Below, piece after piece: positions 1 through 12,400 of a stretch of DNA of 64,000 nucleotides. Source of the DNA: an uncultured Acidobacteriota bacterium. GTDB lineage: Bacteria; Acidobacteriota; Blastocatellia; RBC074. Made by a program: the position numbers and the translations under genes. Below the pieces are notes generated by a model. The model saw nothing but the letters and a program-made list of their open reading frames with translations. It was not told where the DNA came from and ran no database searches. How positions within the stretch are numbered: the stretch's first letter is position 1; each line of letters starts with the position of its first letter. Location: assembly GCA_963796275.1 (NCBI GenBank), contig CAWCKY010000006.1:256001-320000 (forward strand), in the 5' to 3' direction.

Positions 1-571
1 AATCAGGCAAATCGGGATCCGGTTCAAAAGAAAATCACCTACATCATGCCGCTCATGACGCCCACTCTCGATCGCGAGAGCTCTTGCGCGCCGGCTTACC
101 ATGCGCGAAGAAAAGAATTAATCTGAAAGATTTCCAGTAAATCAATCACTCAATATTCAGATGGCTATCAGAAGCACGACTGGCCAGGGCGAGACCATCA
201 CGGAGAGGATGCAAGGTCTTCAGCAGCATTTTCTCGCGAACTGACGTTGCTTTCAGGCGATGTGGTCTTGGAGAGCAAGTCGACAAGAAAGCCTTCCGGT
301 TGTTGAATTTTTGTCCGCTACGAGACTTCTCTTCGGAGGTACTTCCTTGATGCCTGTGCCGTTTGCGGCGAGCGTGCCTAAGAAGTCTCCTTGCTTTAAC
401 TTGGAGTATTTACCTACAGCGCGTCCTCACGCTCAGATAGTTTTCCGTAGAGATTCAGGCCTCGCGGGAAAAACCTTCATGGTTATTAACATCCGAATCC
501 GTTTTCTCTTCATATTGAAGAGACACCAAAAACCACACATTGTGCATTAGATTTCGTCTGCACAAAGGAGA

Positions 572-2876
572 GTGATCATGATATCTATCCGATCAAAATA
601 CTTTGTCCGAATCCTGATAACCCAAGTATTGTCGATATTTGTCTTAAGCGGATTGTTGCAATCCGAGTCCGTGGCCCAGTCGGTGTCGTTCAATGCGCGC
701 CGAGACTTAGTCCCTGGTGGATCAGGAGTTGTAGTCGCAGATATGAATAATGACGGCAAAGCCGACGTAATCATGGCTGATGGGAGCAGCACTGCCGCTA
801 TTTCAGTATTGCTTGGCAGAGGGGACGGAACATTTCAACCGGCGATAAGAACAAATTTTGCCTCAGGCCAGTCTCCATTTTTACTCGCGATCGCCGATAT
901 CAATGTCGATGGTAAGCCGGACTTGGTGGCACTGACCCAGTTTAGTAGTACAGGCTTATTGTTGCTTGGCAGAGGGGATGGCACTTTTCAATTGCCGATC
1001 AATGTTCCCGTTGACTTCCAGCCCGCCGGGATTGACGTAGGCGATTTCAATGGTGATGGAAAACCAGACCTGGCGGTCACTTCTACCGGCTTTCCGGGCG
1101 GATCAGTTTCCCTGTCCTTGGGCAATGGCGATGGAACGTTCAGTCCACGTCAGAGTTTCCCAGTGGGCAACAGCCCAGGGTCTATCGATCTGGGTGATCT
1201 CAACGGTGATGGAAAGCTAGACGTGGCAGTAGCGAACGTGAATTCTAATAGCGTGTCTGTCTTGCTGGGAATGGGCAATGGGATTTTGCTGCCGGAAATT
1301 AATAGTGCCGTGGATGGCAGTCCGAGATCGCTAACGATTACCGATTTCGATGGTGACCTCAACCCTGATCTGGCCGTCGTGATTTCGAACTTGGACGAGA
1401 TTTCGATTTTGGCTGGGAATGGCGACGGAACCTTCCAATTTCCGCTAAACGTTGCCGTCAGCCTAAATCCCGTCTTCGTAAAGGCGGCCGACTTTAACGG
1501 GGATCAGATTCCGGGATCTTGTCGTTGCCCACTCCTCCCAATTCAGCGGCGCGGGGAGTATGTCGATTTTGGTCGGTATCGGCGACGGAAGCTTTCAAAC
1601 CCCAGCCAACCATGCCTTAAGCGGGAGTCCGACGATGCTGGAGGTGGGCGACTTTAACGATGATGGATTCCGGGACGTGGTTGTACCCCAGCCTTCGAAT
1701 TTCTCGAGCGTCAGCATACTCTCCGAATTTTTTGGGAAGGGTGATGGCACATTCCAATCAGCGGCGAAAATTAACATTAACTCGCCGACCTCCGTGGCTG
1801 TTGCCGATTTTGATAGAGATGGAATCCTTGACCTTGTTGTTGACGGCGGCAACTTCGGCCTACATGTGTTATCGATACTTATTGGAACTGGTATGGGAAC
1901 TTTCCGTGCGGGAACAAGCATTACACTTAATTTAAGCTCAAGCGCCTTACCACCGGTTGTCGGCGACGTTAACAACGATTTTATCCCAGACTTGGTCGTC
2001 CCAAGCTCATCAGTTATTGCAGTCCTGCTAGGAAATGGCGACGGAACTTTTTCGACGCCACAGATATTGAATACCAACATCAGCCCTTCTTCTCTGGCCG
2101 TCGCAGACTTAGATTCAGATGGCAATCTGGACTTTATGGTTGGAGGGTCCAGTTTCAACCCAGGCATGATAATGGTCTTCTTAGGCAATGGGAACGGAAC
2201 TTTCCAAGCGCCTAATAGCTTTACGACCGCTACCCCGATTTCTGCCTTCACCACAGGTGAACTCAATGGCGATGGCCGGCCAGACTTGGTAACCGTGAAT
2301 CCCAATAATAATAGCGTCAGCGTGTTTCTCGGCAACGGGAATGGCACATTCTCGCAGATGAGTGACATTCCCGTCGGCAGAAACCCGCTGGCCGTAGCTG
2401 TGGGCGACCTCAATGGCGACGGATTCGCCGACATCATGACGGCCAACTCAGCTTCGAGTAACGTCTCGATCTTGGTGGGTAACGGTAGCGGCGGCTTCCA
2501 GGCTGCATTCAATTTTGCAGTTGGCGGAAATCCGTCATCTCTGACGCTCGGAGACTTCAACTTTGATAAGCGTGTTGATGTGGCGGTGACCAACACTGGA
2601 TCGAACACAGTTTCTGTTCTGCTGAATGCCGGTAGTGCGTTTTTAGCTATAGCTGATGAGATTGAGCCATCTATCGTGGTACGTACCTCACCCCCGGCAC
2701 ACTTTGGCGTTGGCACAAATCCTGCTTGTCTGGTTGGAGGCGACTTCAACGGCGATCATCTTCTCGACCTGGTCACCGTTGATCGCGGATCGAATGGTCT
2801 CTCGGTGCTAATCAATAACACAAGGATTGCTCTCAACAGCATTTCTTCCAATGCTGAAAGCAATCCCGTTCGTTGA
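572..2876 (+). CDS. Secreted FG-GAP/VCBS repeat beta-propeller protein, frameshifted near 1510-1560 (ORFs 572..1657 and 1560..2876)
   Basis: Signal peptide followed by many (G/A)DxNGDGxxDLxV and LLGNGDGTF repeats. The repeats continue across the frame change. Confidence 0.9.
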
Positions 2877-3365
2877 GTTCCCATTTACTGTTCCGGGGAC
2901 CAAATATCTCTGGGATTGTTATCAAGCGTTGTCAAAACAGAGTGCACACGAAGAGGCTCATAATGCTGACGTGCGACAACGGCCCATTTCGGGTACAGCT
3001 TAGATACGTGTTTATGCGACATAAGGCATAATTGCGAATCTCGGCTGTACCCGATTCACGGAGAAGAGGAACTTGCGGCAGAGGTTATCTGCCATCCGCT
3101 TGGCAAACAAAATCAAAAAAGGGCAATTCGACACGACGGGGGATCACTGAGGGGCTATGATCCTGCAGGTATGGGAAGCAGTGCTTGCCGCGTAAAGGAG
3201 AAGTTGAAAATAGGCTCAATCTGCCTTCTCACGAAAAATTGCACCAGGACCGTCCGCCTTCCCAGGTTTGTTACAAATTTGAGAGATACTTTTGAGGATT
3301 AAGATGCGAGCGCTTCTACAGCTCAGTCATTGGAATCTCGCAATTGATATTCTGTATAACCGACG

Positions 3366-4457
3366 CTACTTCTTTGTAGGTATCACGATAGTCAGACGGA
3401 AGAACAGCGTGTCTCCTTGCGTGGCGACGCGATTCCCGGTTTCGAAAATGTACCTGAATGTCGCAAATACCGGCGTCTTCTCGCTGATCGGCAATATAGT
3501 GTTGAATTCCGGACCGAACCCCAGATATCTGTTTTTGCCGCGGAAAGCAGGCAAGTCGCTGGGAATCCTGTCCTCAGTTATTTTCCACTGGGTGTAATAA
3601 GCCACGCCGCCGTTTATCAAACCATCCTTAAACCCCACGCCGGCCCCACCCTGAAGCTGTAAGCTGTCGCCGACCTTCTGTTGTGAGCCTCTTTTACCTG
3701 ACTCAACGTAGTACTGGACCAGAGTCGCCAGATTGATTATTTTCTTTTCGCTCGGATATAAGGTAAAACCGCCGCTGAATTCGTTGGACCACTGCCCGAG
3801 CCCGGTGTTATTAAAGGAGTTGGGGTTGAAACGCCCCGTCGGCATATAGAGAGCGTAGCCCGCCACCAAATCAGCATGTTTGTAATGCCAGCCGAGTTGG
3901 ATCGGTTGAATGTACATATCGGAGGTGCCCCAATTGGTCGAGGCATTCAGTCTCGGGAAATCTATGGCTGTGCTAGCTAATGGGAGATACCACGAGGCGG
4001 AATAATTCCCTCCGAGTATCTTCAGTTCAGAAACGTAAGTATACCCAAAGGCAGGTACCATTTGGTTGACACTGCCTAGCCCTCTGTCACCGATCTGCGT
4101 ACCATTGCTGGTCACTAGTGTGTCGTAATTGTAGTTCCAAAGCAGGAATGTGACGTAATGACCGGGAGCAGGTTGGGTGCCTGAGTTAAGCCCAAGCCAT
4201 CCCTTATTGGTAGTTGGAATCTGCTGGCCGTCGGCCCTCATCGGCGAGAGTGCGACAATGGTGATCACAAGTAGCATAACCAGGGTGAACGAGAATGCAA
4301 TCCGTACGCGGGCCGGAGTGAGGGTCGCATGGCCAAGGCCACTCAACCATCTCCGAGAACGCATGTGGTATGCACAACTCTCATCCAACATAGAAAGCCA
4401 CAAAATCTTGGTCCGAATGGGGTTCATCCTTCCTCCTTGAAGAGAAGTCTTTACCAT
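3366..4457 (-). CDS. SphA/phenol-degradation MetA-like outer-membrane beta-barrel transporter (true start may be downstream)
   Basis: GxxxGxQPAPG N-terminal motif, DMYIQPIQLGWH, PTGRF..NTGLG, amphipathic strands, terminal strand QGDTLFFRLT. Confidence 0.75.
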   Translation of the reverse strand: MVKTSLQGGRMNPIRTKILWLSMLDESCAYHMRSRRWLSGLGHATLTPARVRIAFSFTLVMLLVITIVALSPMRADGQQIPTTNKGWLGLNSGTQPAPGHYVTFLLWNYNYDTLVTSNGTQIGDRGLGSVNQMVPAFGYTYVSELKILGGNYSASWYLPLASTAIDFPRLNASTNWGTSDMYIQPIQLGWHYKHADLVAGYALYMPTGRFNPNSFNNTGLGQWSNEFSGGFTLYPSEKKIINLATLVQYYVESGKRGSQQKVGDSLQLQGGAGVGFKDGLINGGVAYYTQWKITEDRIPSDLPAFRGKNRYLGFGPEFNTILPISEKTPVFATFRYIFETGNRVATQGDTLFFRLTIVIPTKK

Positions 4458-5137
4458 CGATACATCGCAAATGATGTTCGACTTTTTTTATAACGGCAGA
4501 CGGCTAACGCGGAGACAGTGCTCCCTATCCACCTGCCTTCCTAGAACTCTGCAATATCCACGCCATAGGACACCGTCCTCGAGCGTGTTCAGATAACACA
4601 CTGAGTGATTTGAGTTTAATCATGAATTGGGCCAGTGGTGAGAGTGCAGAAGTGAGAGGGATGATAATGACTATTCCTGAATCGCGAGATATATCAAAGA
4701 AACTTTGATATGCCTCAGATGAACTCGCAGAAGTATCGGAAGCGCCGGTCTCCCTGGGTCCCTTCGAATCTATATAAATATCTACGTTTTTAGAGATAGC
4801 TTAGCCATCCGTCCCTTGCTTCATTCCGATGCCAGTAAAGCGCCGAAGCAAAAATACAATTACTTGCACATAATCTTCCGCGTGTTCGTTCCGTAGTGCG
4901 ATTCCTGAATTTTTACGATCGTTACGCCGCTATCCGCGGCCTCTTGAGAGATGGTGGTTTTCAACAATTAATTCCTGGCGTAGCCAACCATCGTCATCAT
5001 CGTGGGGTTGCATCCTACCGATTCCGAGGGGTTGTGAATCTACCTCAGCCTGATATTTAAGAGGATAAAGTCGAAAGAATCGCGCGCACGTCCCTTCGTT
5101 ATTTTGTTCAGTAGGTGTTGTTTTGACGTGTCCTGAG

Positions 5138-5178
5138 TACTGTCAGTTTTGACGATATACTGATCAAAATTTGACAGG
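5138..5178 (-). promoter_or_regulatory. Conserved operator-like motif CCTGTCA-N20-CAAAACTGACAGTA, copy 1
   Basis: Same flanks and same 20-nt spacing as the copy at 10896-10936. Contains inverted CTGTCA/TGACAG. Confidence 0.55.
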
Positions 5179-5585
5179 GGTTGAAATGGCAGGTGTCGCA
5201 AAAATGCCTAAATCAGCCAATGCAAGATTGGGTGTATCCTCACTCGGTTGACTGAGTTTGCCTAAAAGATTAGAATTTTATCTCCCTATTAATATCCCAG
5301 CAGATTTCGACATTGACCTCCGACCTTTACGTTGGATATCGCGGTCACTCTTGAAGACAGGAGGACCTGCTTTTGGATTGATTTATTGCATACTCGAATG
5401 GAAGGCTCCCATTACCACCCAAATGGAAGGATTTCCCCATCACCATTTCACGATTCGGCAGAACTAGCCACCTTTATAGGTCTTATGGAATTCTTCGCAT
5501 ACAGTGAGCTAAGCAGTGAGCTGATCTACAAGTACATATTGGTGGCTCTACTTGTGCTAAATCTCAAAGTTTTTGGTTTAGTGGA

Positions 5586-8309
5586 ATGCCCAGAAAACAA
5601 GGAAGCAGATTTTCGCGGGTGCTGAGGTGCGGGCTAGTTGCTCTTGTTGTTTCCCTCGCCAGATGCCTGTTCGACTCTGACACGGCTGTCGGTTCCGAAC
5701 CCCATAAATCGGTACTGATAATTTATACAGATGAAAAGTTCATGCCCGGGAATGTCATTTTCGATCAAAGTCTACGCGCGGCGTTCAAATCGCTTTCATC
5801 AAACCCCATCGCTTTCTACACTGAATACCTGGAATTGACCCGCTTTGCTGATGAGGCTTCTCGCCAAGAGTTGTACAAATTCTATCGGCTGAATTACTCA
5901 CACCGGACGTTCGATTTGATTATCACTACCGGGCCCGGCCCTCTCGTTAACACGATTGATTTCGCCAGGGAAGTCTTCTCCGGCGTTCCGCTCATTTTCT
6001 GTCAAGATGATCGGTCTGCTCTCAAAAACAAAACCCTTGGACCGGGCATCACTGGCATCTTTCTGAAAATCGAATATCTGAAGACCCTGGAACTCGCCCT
6101 CAACCTGCACCCGGATACACGGCGAGTGGCAGTCATCGCCGGCATGTCCGAAAAGGATAAATATTTTCTTGAGCAGACGCGAGAGGAGTTTCGAAAATAT
6201 GAGGGAAAGATTGAATTCAAATATCTGACTGATCTCTCTATCGAAGAATTACAACAGGAAGTATCTCATCTGCCCGAACATACGGTCATTTTCTATGTGA
6301 CGATATTTCAGGATCGCGCCGGTGGGAATTTTGTACCGGCCGATGCCTTGTCTCCGATCGCCCAGTCGGCGAATGCCCCTATCTATGGCATCGCCGAGCC
6401 ATACCTTGAGCGGGGCATTGTCGGCGGCTATTTGCACAATTACGAGGCGCAGGGGAGGATGGCCGCGGAATATGGGATACGCATTCTGGGCGGAGAGAAT
6501 CCGTCGACTCTGCCAATTATCGACACAGGCACGAATTTCTATATGTTCAACTCGCGCCAACTGCGGCGTTGGGAGATCAGTGAGCACAAATTGCCGCCAG
6601 GAAGCATTATCCGGGATAAAGAGGTTTCTGTCTGGGAGCATTATCAGGGGTACATTTTCGGCGCCATCTCCTTGATCATCCTCCAAACCTTGCTCATCGG
6701 GGGGCTTCTCATTCAAAGGGGCAGGCGGCGCGGGGCAGAGCGACAGCGCGATGAAGGCTTGCGCTTCCAGACGCTGTTGTCGGAACTTTCAGCCGCCTTT
6801 GTAAATTTACCACCTCGTGAAGTTGATCGTGAGCTTGAAAAGTGGTTACAACGCCTGGTCGAATTTCTTGGGGCTGATCAAAGCTCCATCATGGAGTTCT
6901 CACGCGATAGGACAAAACTCTATTTCACTCGCTCCTACGAGGCGCCCGAGTTTCAATCTATTCATGGGAAAATTTCGGCTGATCAATTTCACTGGTATAA
7001 AAGACAGCTTCGCAGCGGGAAGGCGCTAGTCTTATCAACCCTGCCACATGATCTGCCGGAGGAGGCGAATGCTGAGAAACAGTATTTTCTCCAGATCGGG
7101 GCAAAATCTCATCTGGCCATCCCGCTCTCGATCGGTGGATCGAGTATTGGAGCCCTGACGTTCAGTATGGTTCGCTCCTACCGAACCTGGCCCGGTGAAT
7201 TCGTGCAACAGAGCTATCTCATTGGCGAAATCTTCGCCAACGCGATATCCCGTAAGAGGTCGGATGATTCGCTTAGATCGTCACTCAATGAAATCGGGGA
7301 GCTAAGAGATCGCATACAAGCGGCCAACGTTTTCCTGCAGGATGAAATTACACTCGTCCATGGCTTCAGTGAGATTCTCGGGAACAGCGATTCACTTAAA
7401 TATGTGCTCAACAAGATCATGCAGGTCGCTCCGACTGACACCACAGTCCTTCTGCTCGGTGAAACCGGGACTGGGAAAGACCTGGCCGCCAGCGCCATTC
7501 ACGACCACAGCGCGCGAAAAGACAGCCCGCTGGTCACGGTCAACTGCTCGTCGCTGCCGGCTACCCTGATTGAGAGCGAGTTGTTCGGCCACGAGAAGGG
7601 CGCCTTTACCGGCGCCCAGGCGCGCAAAATCGGTCGTTTTGAGTTAGCGAATGGGGGTACCATATTTCTGGATGAGATCGGCGAGATGCCGCTGGAACTT
7701 CAGCCCAAGCTGCTGCGAGTGCTTCAGGACGGGACGTTCGATCGATTGGGAGGATCACATACGATCGAGGTCGATGTCAGGGTTATCGCCGCGACCAATC
7801 GGGATCTGAAAATGGCAGTCGAGAAAGCTCTCTTCCGTGAAGACCTATGGTACAGGCTCAATGTTTTTCCCATCACTCTGCCGCCGCTTCGGGAACGGAA
7901 AGAGGACATTCCATTGCTGATAAGTTATTTCGTGGGCAAATTTAGTACGAAAATGGGTCGCAGCATCGAGAGCGTGGCACCGACCGCAATGAATGATTTG
8001 CAAAATTATCCCTGGCCCGGCAACGTCCGTGAATTGTCCAACGTGATCGAACGGGCGGTGATTAATTCTCCGGGGGCGGTGCTCGTTCTGGCGGACAAAC
8101 TTGACGTACCTCATGAAAATAATTCTCAACCCGGAGAAACAAGGAGTCTCGAAGAGATGGAAAGAGAATTCATTATTAAGAGGCTGGAGCAGACCAATTG
8201 GAAGATCGATGGAGTAGGTGGAGCGGCTGAATCTCTTAGAATTAATTCAAGCACTCTTCGTAACCGCATGAAAAAACTCGGCATTCAAAGATCTACCTCC
8301 CACAATTGA
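5586..8309 (+). CDS. Membrane-anchored sigma-54 enhancer-binding protein (periplasmic SBP-like domain, TM, GAF, AAA+, HTH)
   Basis: [48 protein letters not shown] and a C-terminal Fis-type HTH. TM helix [21 protein letters not shown]. Confidence 0.92.
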   Translation: MPRKQGSRFSRVLRCGLVALVVSLARCLFDSDTAVGSEPHKSVLIIYTDEKFMPGNVIFDQSLRAAFKSLSSNPIAFYTEYLELTRFADEASRQELYKFYRLNYSHRTFDLIITTGPGPLVNTIDFAREVFSGVPLIFCQDDRSALKNKTLGPGITGIFLKIEYLKTLELALNLHPDTRRVAVIAGMSEKDKYFLEQTREEFRKYEGKIEFKYLTDLSIEELQQEVSHLPEHTVIFYVTIFQDRAGGNFVPADALSPIAQSANAPIYGIAEPYLERGIVGGYLHNYEAQGRMAAEYGIRILGGENPSTLPIIDTGTNFYMFNSRQLRRWEISEHKLPPGSIIRDKEVSVWEHYQGYIFGAISLIILQTLLIGGLLIQRGRRRGAERQRDEGLRFQTLLSELSAAFVNLPPREVDRELEKWLQRLVEFLGADQSSIMEFSRDRTKLYFTRSYEAPEFQSIHGKISADQFHWYKRQLRSGKALVLSTLPHDLPEEANAEKQYFLQIGAKSHLAIPLSIGGSSIGALTFSMVRSYRTWPGEFVQQSYLIGEIFANAISRKRSDDSLRSSLNEIGELRDRIQAANVFLQDEITLVHGFSEILGNSDSLKYVLNKIMQVAPTDTTVLLLGETGTGKDLAASAIHDHSARKDSPLVTVNCSSLPATLIESELFGHEKGAFTGAQARKIGRFELANGGTIFLDEIGEMPLELQPKLLRVLQDGTFDRLGGSHTIEVDVRVIAATNRDLKMAVEKALFREDLWYRLNVFPITLPPLRERKEDIPLLISYFVGKFSTKMGRSIESVAPTAMNDLQNYPWPGNVRELSNVIERAVINSPGAVLVLADKLDVPHENNSQPGETRSLEEMEREFIIKRLEQTNWKIDGVGGAAESLRINSSTLRNRMKKLGIQRSTSHN

Positions 8310-8561
8310 GCTTGCCGTCCTGGCATATGCTCAACCCGCGGATGAATGCGATATAGGATTCAGGCATGGATTGATGTCGCTATATTTCAGGGCTCCGGGG
8401 AAATTACGCAGCTTTTCAAAATTGTCGTGGGTTGCGCCGATACCCTCGCACCGTTATCTGCGCGACTCGGAAGATATAAGTATGGGCAAGACCCGTGTGC
8501 CTGCATGGTTTTGCGCCACCACTGCTCCGGGACAATCCGCGAGTCTGCCCATACGCTGAAT

Positions 8562-8576
8562 GGGCACGAGACTTGC
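8562..8576 (+). promoter_or_regulatory. Putative sigma-54 promoter
   Basis: GGGCACGAGACTTGC matches TGGCACG-N4-TTGC, about 70 nt upstream of ORF 8648. Confidence 0.6.
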
Positions 8577-8647
8577 CATCTTTCCCTTCACCCATTTACT
8601 AAAAAGAAAATCGTAGAATGACTTTGCTCTCCGGTTAGGAGAATGGC

Positions 8648-9403
8648 TTGTTGATTTGGGCTAAACAGCTTGCTGGGGTAATTGCATTATTGACTGGGTT
8701 AGGTCTTGTGGGTGCTGTCGCCAGGGCGCAGTCTAATGAAGTTTCGCTGCGCCCTGGCCGCGTGCTCCCGTCAGGCATCCTATTAGATCGTATCTCACCT
8801 AAGGATTTCAGGCGGTGGGATGCGATCGAACGCATAGTCTTTGCCGAAGATATTATGGGCTTCCCCTCACACCCGAGGCTTCGATCTTTGTGGGAGCAGA
8901 TCGACCGGAGCGGCCACGTCGTCTATATCGAGTTGTATCGCAAGAGACGCGCATCCTCAAATTTGGGCGGCGCTTTTCGTATTGAGGTATTCGACCCGAT
9001 CGGCAAAAGGCACGTGGCCGTCATTCGACTCTACATCGCTACAATTGATTTGGTAAGCGTCGAGCTGGCAGCCGCGCGCCCCAACGGGTTTATTCCTTTT
9101 CAGGGACTGACCAAGGAAGAGCGGTACGCCGAAGTGCTCGGGCATGAACTGGCGCACGCCGTTCACATTTTGAGCGACCTGACACGCGCACGAATGGTTG
9201 AAGAGATGATCGAGCAGACCTACGTGGATTTCCTCTCGCACGTCAGACGATACGGACATGCGAATCTCAAACCGGAGATGCTGCGGCGAATCGTAAGACG
9301 AGACCATTTTCTGAGCGAGCTGGAGGAACACGCGGAAACGATCGAGATGATGATCTGGAGCGAACTAGTGTCCAGACGAAATGGGAAGCACGGCGACAAC
9401 TAG
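8648..9403 (+). CDS. Secreted hypothetical protein with zincin HExxH motif
   Basis: Signal peptide ending ARA-Q, VLGHELAH motif, downstream Glu (EEHAE). Confidence 0.7.
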   Translation: MLIWAKQLAGVIALLTGLGLVGAVARAQSNEVSLRPGRVLPSGILLDRISPKDFRRWDAIERIVFAEDIMGFPSHPRLRSLWEQIDRSGHVVYIELYRKRRASSNLGGAFRIEVFDPIGKRHVAVIRLYIATIDLVSVELAAARPNGFIPFQGLTKEERYAEVLGHELAHAVHILSDLTRARMVEEMIEQTYVDFLSHVRRYGHANLKPEMLRRIVRRDHFLSELEEHAETIEMMIWSELVSRRNGKHGDN

Positions 9404-10135
9404 GTTACTGTAAATAAGTAAGAAGGGGAATTTGGCATCACGTTCAAGTTGGCACCGGTTCAGCCAGAGCAAGGTCGCGCCAACTCACTCCACAGACCTC
9501 TTAACAGGAAAACCGGCACCGGAAAGGAACTTCTTCGCCCATACCATCAACTCCCGGTAGCTTCTGGAGTTGATCGAGCGGACATACAGGCGGGTGGAAA
9601 GCGAGCACGGGGCGGTAGCGATCCTGGGTTTACGGCCTCGGACGACTGAAGCAGTTAGGCATTCGCCGACCTCTATCGCCTAAGTAGGGGGTAATGCGCG
9701 GCAGGCTTAATTCGTGTTTCCCGCGCTATCCCGCAACTTCTGTGAAATGTCAGAGGGCCAGTCATGTATGGTCGATTGATAATCCGAGCATAGGTGACAA
9801 TTGCAAATGGTAAATGTCAGCTGGCAAATGACAAATGCAATTGGCCTGGGGCTTGCAACATGTCTGGTGTGTGGGGTAACCCACGATTACGAATTGGAGA
9901 TAATGGATCATCCAACCGCGCTGACATCCGCCCTTCGATACAGGGAGGCAGATCGAGCATAGTGAAGTAGTAAATGGGTACTGCAAGGTTTGACTGGGAT
10001 ACGGCGTAGCGGCGGTCCAGAGATCATGGTCTCGTGAATTACTATCCTTTCAGAGGAGAGAGCACTATTCAACTTGGCGGCGGCCACAGGGCTGCTGCCA
10101 AGTCTTTTGTCGGTGTGACTTAAATTGGAGGAACT

Positions 10136-10774
10136 ATGAAACCTGCGAGGATCATATTAGCCGATGAACACACCATATTGCTGGATGCCCTCAAGAATTT
10201 GCTCCAACCCGAATTCGAAGTGGTTGGGGCATTTACCGACGGGCACGCATTGCTTGAGGCTGCGCCAGGGCTTAGTCCTGATGTGATTGTACTTGACATC
10301 GGAATGCCAACGATGAATGGGCTGGTCGCGGGCAAAAGGCTGAAGCAGGTGATGCCGAGAGTCAAATTGATCTACTTGACGATGAATCAGTATCCCGATG
10401 TGGCTGCCGAAGCTCTGCGATTGGGGGCGTCGGGATATATTCTCAAGAACTCAGCTGCTTCAGAACTTATTATCGCAATACGCGAGGCGCTCCTCGGTAG
10501 AACCTATGTGACGCAACTGATGAATAAAGATATTGTCGATTCATTCATCCTGAATCATGTGGGAGGGAAGATTCGCAACAGACTTACCATACGTCAGAAA
10601 GAGGTGCTCCAGTTATTAGCCGAAGGCCGCACGATGAAGGAGGTGGCCTACATTCTGGACATCACTCCGCGGACCGTTGCTTTCCATAAGTACACCATGA
10701 TGGAACAGCTTCAGATCAAGTCCAGTGCGGAATTGATCCAGTTTGCAATGAAGAGTTCGATGTTACCCGCTTAA
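10136..10774 (+). CDS. NarL/LuxR-family response regulator (orphan)
   Basis: Receiver domain (LDIGMP, K in YILK) and LuxR HTH (LTIRQKEVLQLLAEG..TVAFHK). Confidence 0.95.
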   Translation: MKPARIILADEHTILLDALKNLLQPEFEVVGAFTDGHALLEAAPGLSPDVIVLDIGMPTMNGLVAGKRLKQVMPRVKLIYLTMNQYPDVAAEALRLGASGYILKNSAASELIIAIREALLGRTYVTQLMNKDIVDSFILNHVGGKIRNRLTIRQKEVLQLLAEGRTMKEVAYILDITPRTVAFHKYTMMEQLQIKSSAELIQFAMKSSMLPA

Positions 10775-10895
10775 ACTACCCTCAATATTGCGACAATTGC
10801 TCGATGTGCAACTGTTCGAGTTATCATGTGCGACACCCATGCCACTGTATCAGTTTCGAATCATTCCGATCGGCCTATCAGGCGGGAATATCTAT

Positions 10896-10936
10896 CCTGT
10901 CATTCATTCATGCCAAAACTGGCAAAACTGACAGTA
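10896..10936 (+). promoter_or_regulatory. Conserved operator-like motif, copy 2, upstream of the DUF4136 gene
   Basis: CCTGTCA-N20-CAAAACTGACAGTA, matching the reverse complement of 5138-5178 at both flanks. Confidence 0.55.
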
Positions 10937-11058
10937 TTATTACTACTCGGCCCATCGTAGGATGCATGCTGACGAACTCAGGGCGGCGCACGTTGGCATT
11001 CCGCCAGGCCGTCTGATGAGGCTTCGTATGCCTTCAGAGTTTTAGATAGGAGACAGAC

Positions 11059-11610
11059 ATGAAGATGAACAAAAGAAGCATTGCATTTCCAATATGGATC
11101 GCTCTTTGTGCGGTCGTGTTTTATTGCGCTGGGGCTGCGCAGGCGCAAAGTGTGCATTACAACTTCGTTCCAGGCACCGATTTCTCTAAATATAGGACCT
11201 TCAAAGTGGTTGAAAGCCCGAGCGGCGCTCACCCCAATCAGATCGTTGATGGGCAAATCAAACAGGCTATTGAAACGGATTTGGCCGCGAAAGGGTTGAC
11301 CAGGAGCGACAACGAGAATGTTGACCTGTATGTCACGTACCAGATTGCGATAGATCAGCAGAAACAATGGAACGCCTATGGTACGGGCGGAGGCTGGGGG
11401 TGGGGTGGTGGTATGGCGACGGCGACTAGTTCGACCATCGATATCGGCACTCTAGTTATCGACATGTATGACGTGGCAGCGAAAAAACAAGTCTGGCGTG
11501 GGGATGCAACCAAAACCATAAACCCGGGCAAGAACGAGGAGAAGAACTTGGAGCATTTGCAGAAGGGCATTGCGAAGTTGTTGAAGAACTTTCCACCGCG
11601 CGAGAAATGA
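11059..11610 (+). CDS. DUF4136-family secreted protein
   Basis: DFSKYRTF, GTLVIDMYD..KKQVWRG, C-terminal FPP. RBS AGGAG. Confidence 0.88.
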   Translation: MKMNKRSIAFPIWIALCAVVFYCAGAAQAQSVHYNFVPGTDFSKYRTFKVVESPSGAHPNQIVDGQIKQAIETDLAAKGLTRSDNENVDLYVTYQIAIDQQKQWNAYGTGGGWGWGGGMATATSSTIDIGTLVIDMYDVAAKKQVWRGDATKTINPGKNEEKNLEHLQKGIAKLLKNFPPREK

Positions 11611-12400
11611 TTGTGTGTACGCAATATTGAGAACCGGAAATACACCACAAAAATCGCAAAAGGACATCAAAAGCAGGTAAAGATGCTGAGTAGGTAAATG
11701 GCGCATATTTCCGTTGAATCAGGTCGACTCACATGCCATCCATCAGCCTCCATCGTTATGTGCTTTTTGATGTCCTCTTATTCCGGTTATTATTCTGGAG
11801 TTGGAGCCGCAAGGACTGGACCCAGAAGTTCCTGAATGTCGTGGAGTCGGTTAAGTGGGTGGGTCACAAGCGCAATATTGGATGGCGAGAGCGTCATTGT
11901 TGACGCTCAAAGGTCGACTCGAGTTTTCAGACTGCTGGGGAGTTGGCAGCACGGTTCGAGTTGTATCTACTAGGTTGAAGAAATACTCGAGCGGACGAGA
12001 GTCTTGCAACTGAGCTCTTCTCCTAAAACCGTTTATGAATTTTTCCAATACCCCAGCACCCGCTACCCGGCGTCCGATCGGGTATGTAGGGTTACGGCTC
12101 CACCACAAAAATGAAAAATTTGGTAATGGCGAGGCTTCTATCCACTACCTACGTTATAGGGTGAGCAAAGAGACCGCTGCAGCCACTAATAAGAGAGCGA
12201 ACTCCTTCTCCAACTTTCGCACCATGACAGTAACCTCCTATATCTAACCTCTGAACAGTTGGAATTGATGGAGGCATATTATTGATCGTCGGTTAGGCTG
12301 CTACTAGGCATTCTGATTGCTGCCATCTCAAAGCCGGGGCATTGGCTAAAACAATGATCGAGACCCGAATTCCCACTGGCAGCGGACTTCGGTACTCCCA

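Noticed and set aside
260-550. 96-aa ORF and other short intergenic ORFs (11851-12247, 12922-13134, 26589-27204, 41055-41549)
   Set aside because: No motifs, RBS support or recognisable homology.
1595-2749. 384-aa minus-strand ORF
   Set aside because: Antisense shadow of the repetitive FG-GAP gene.
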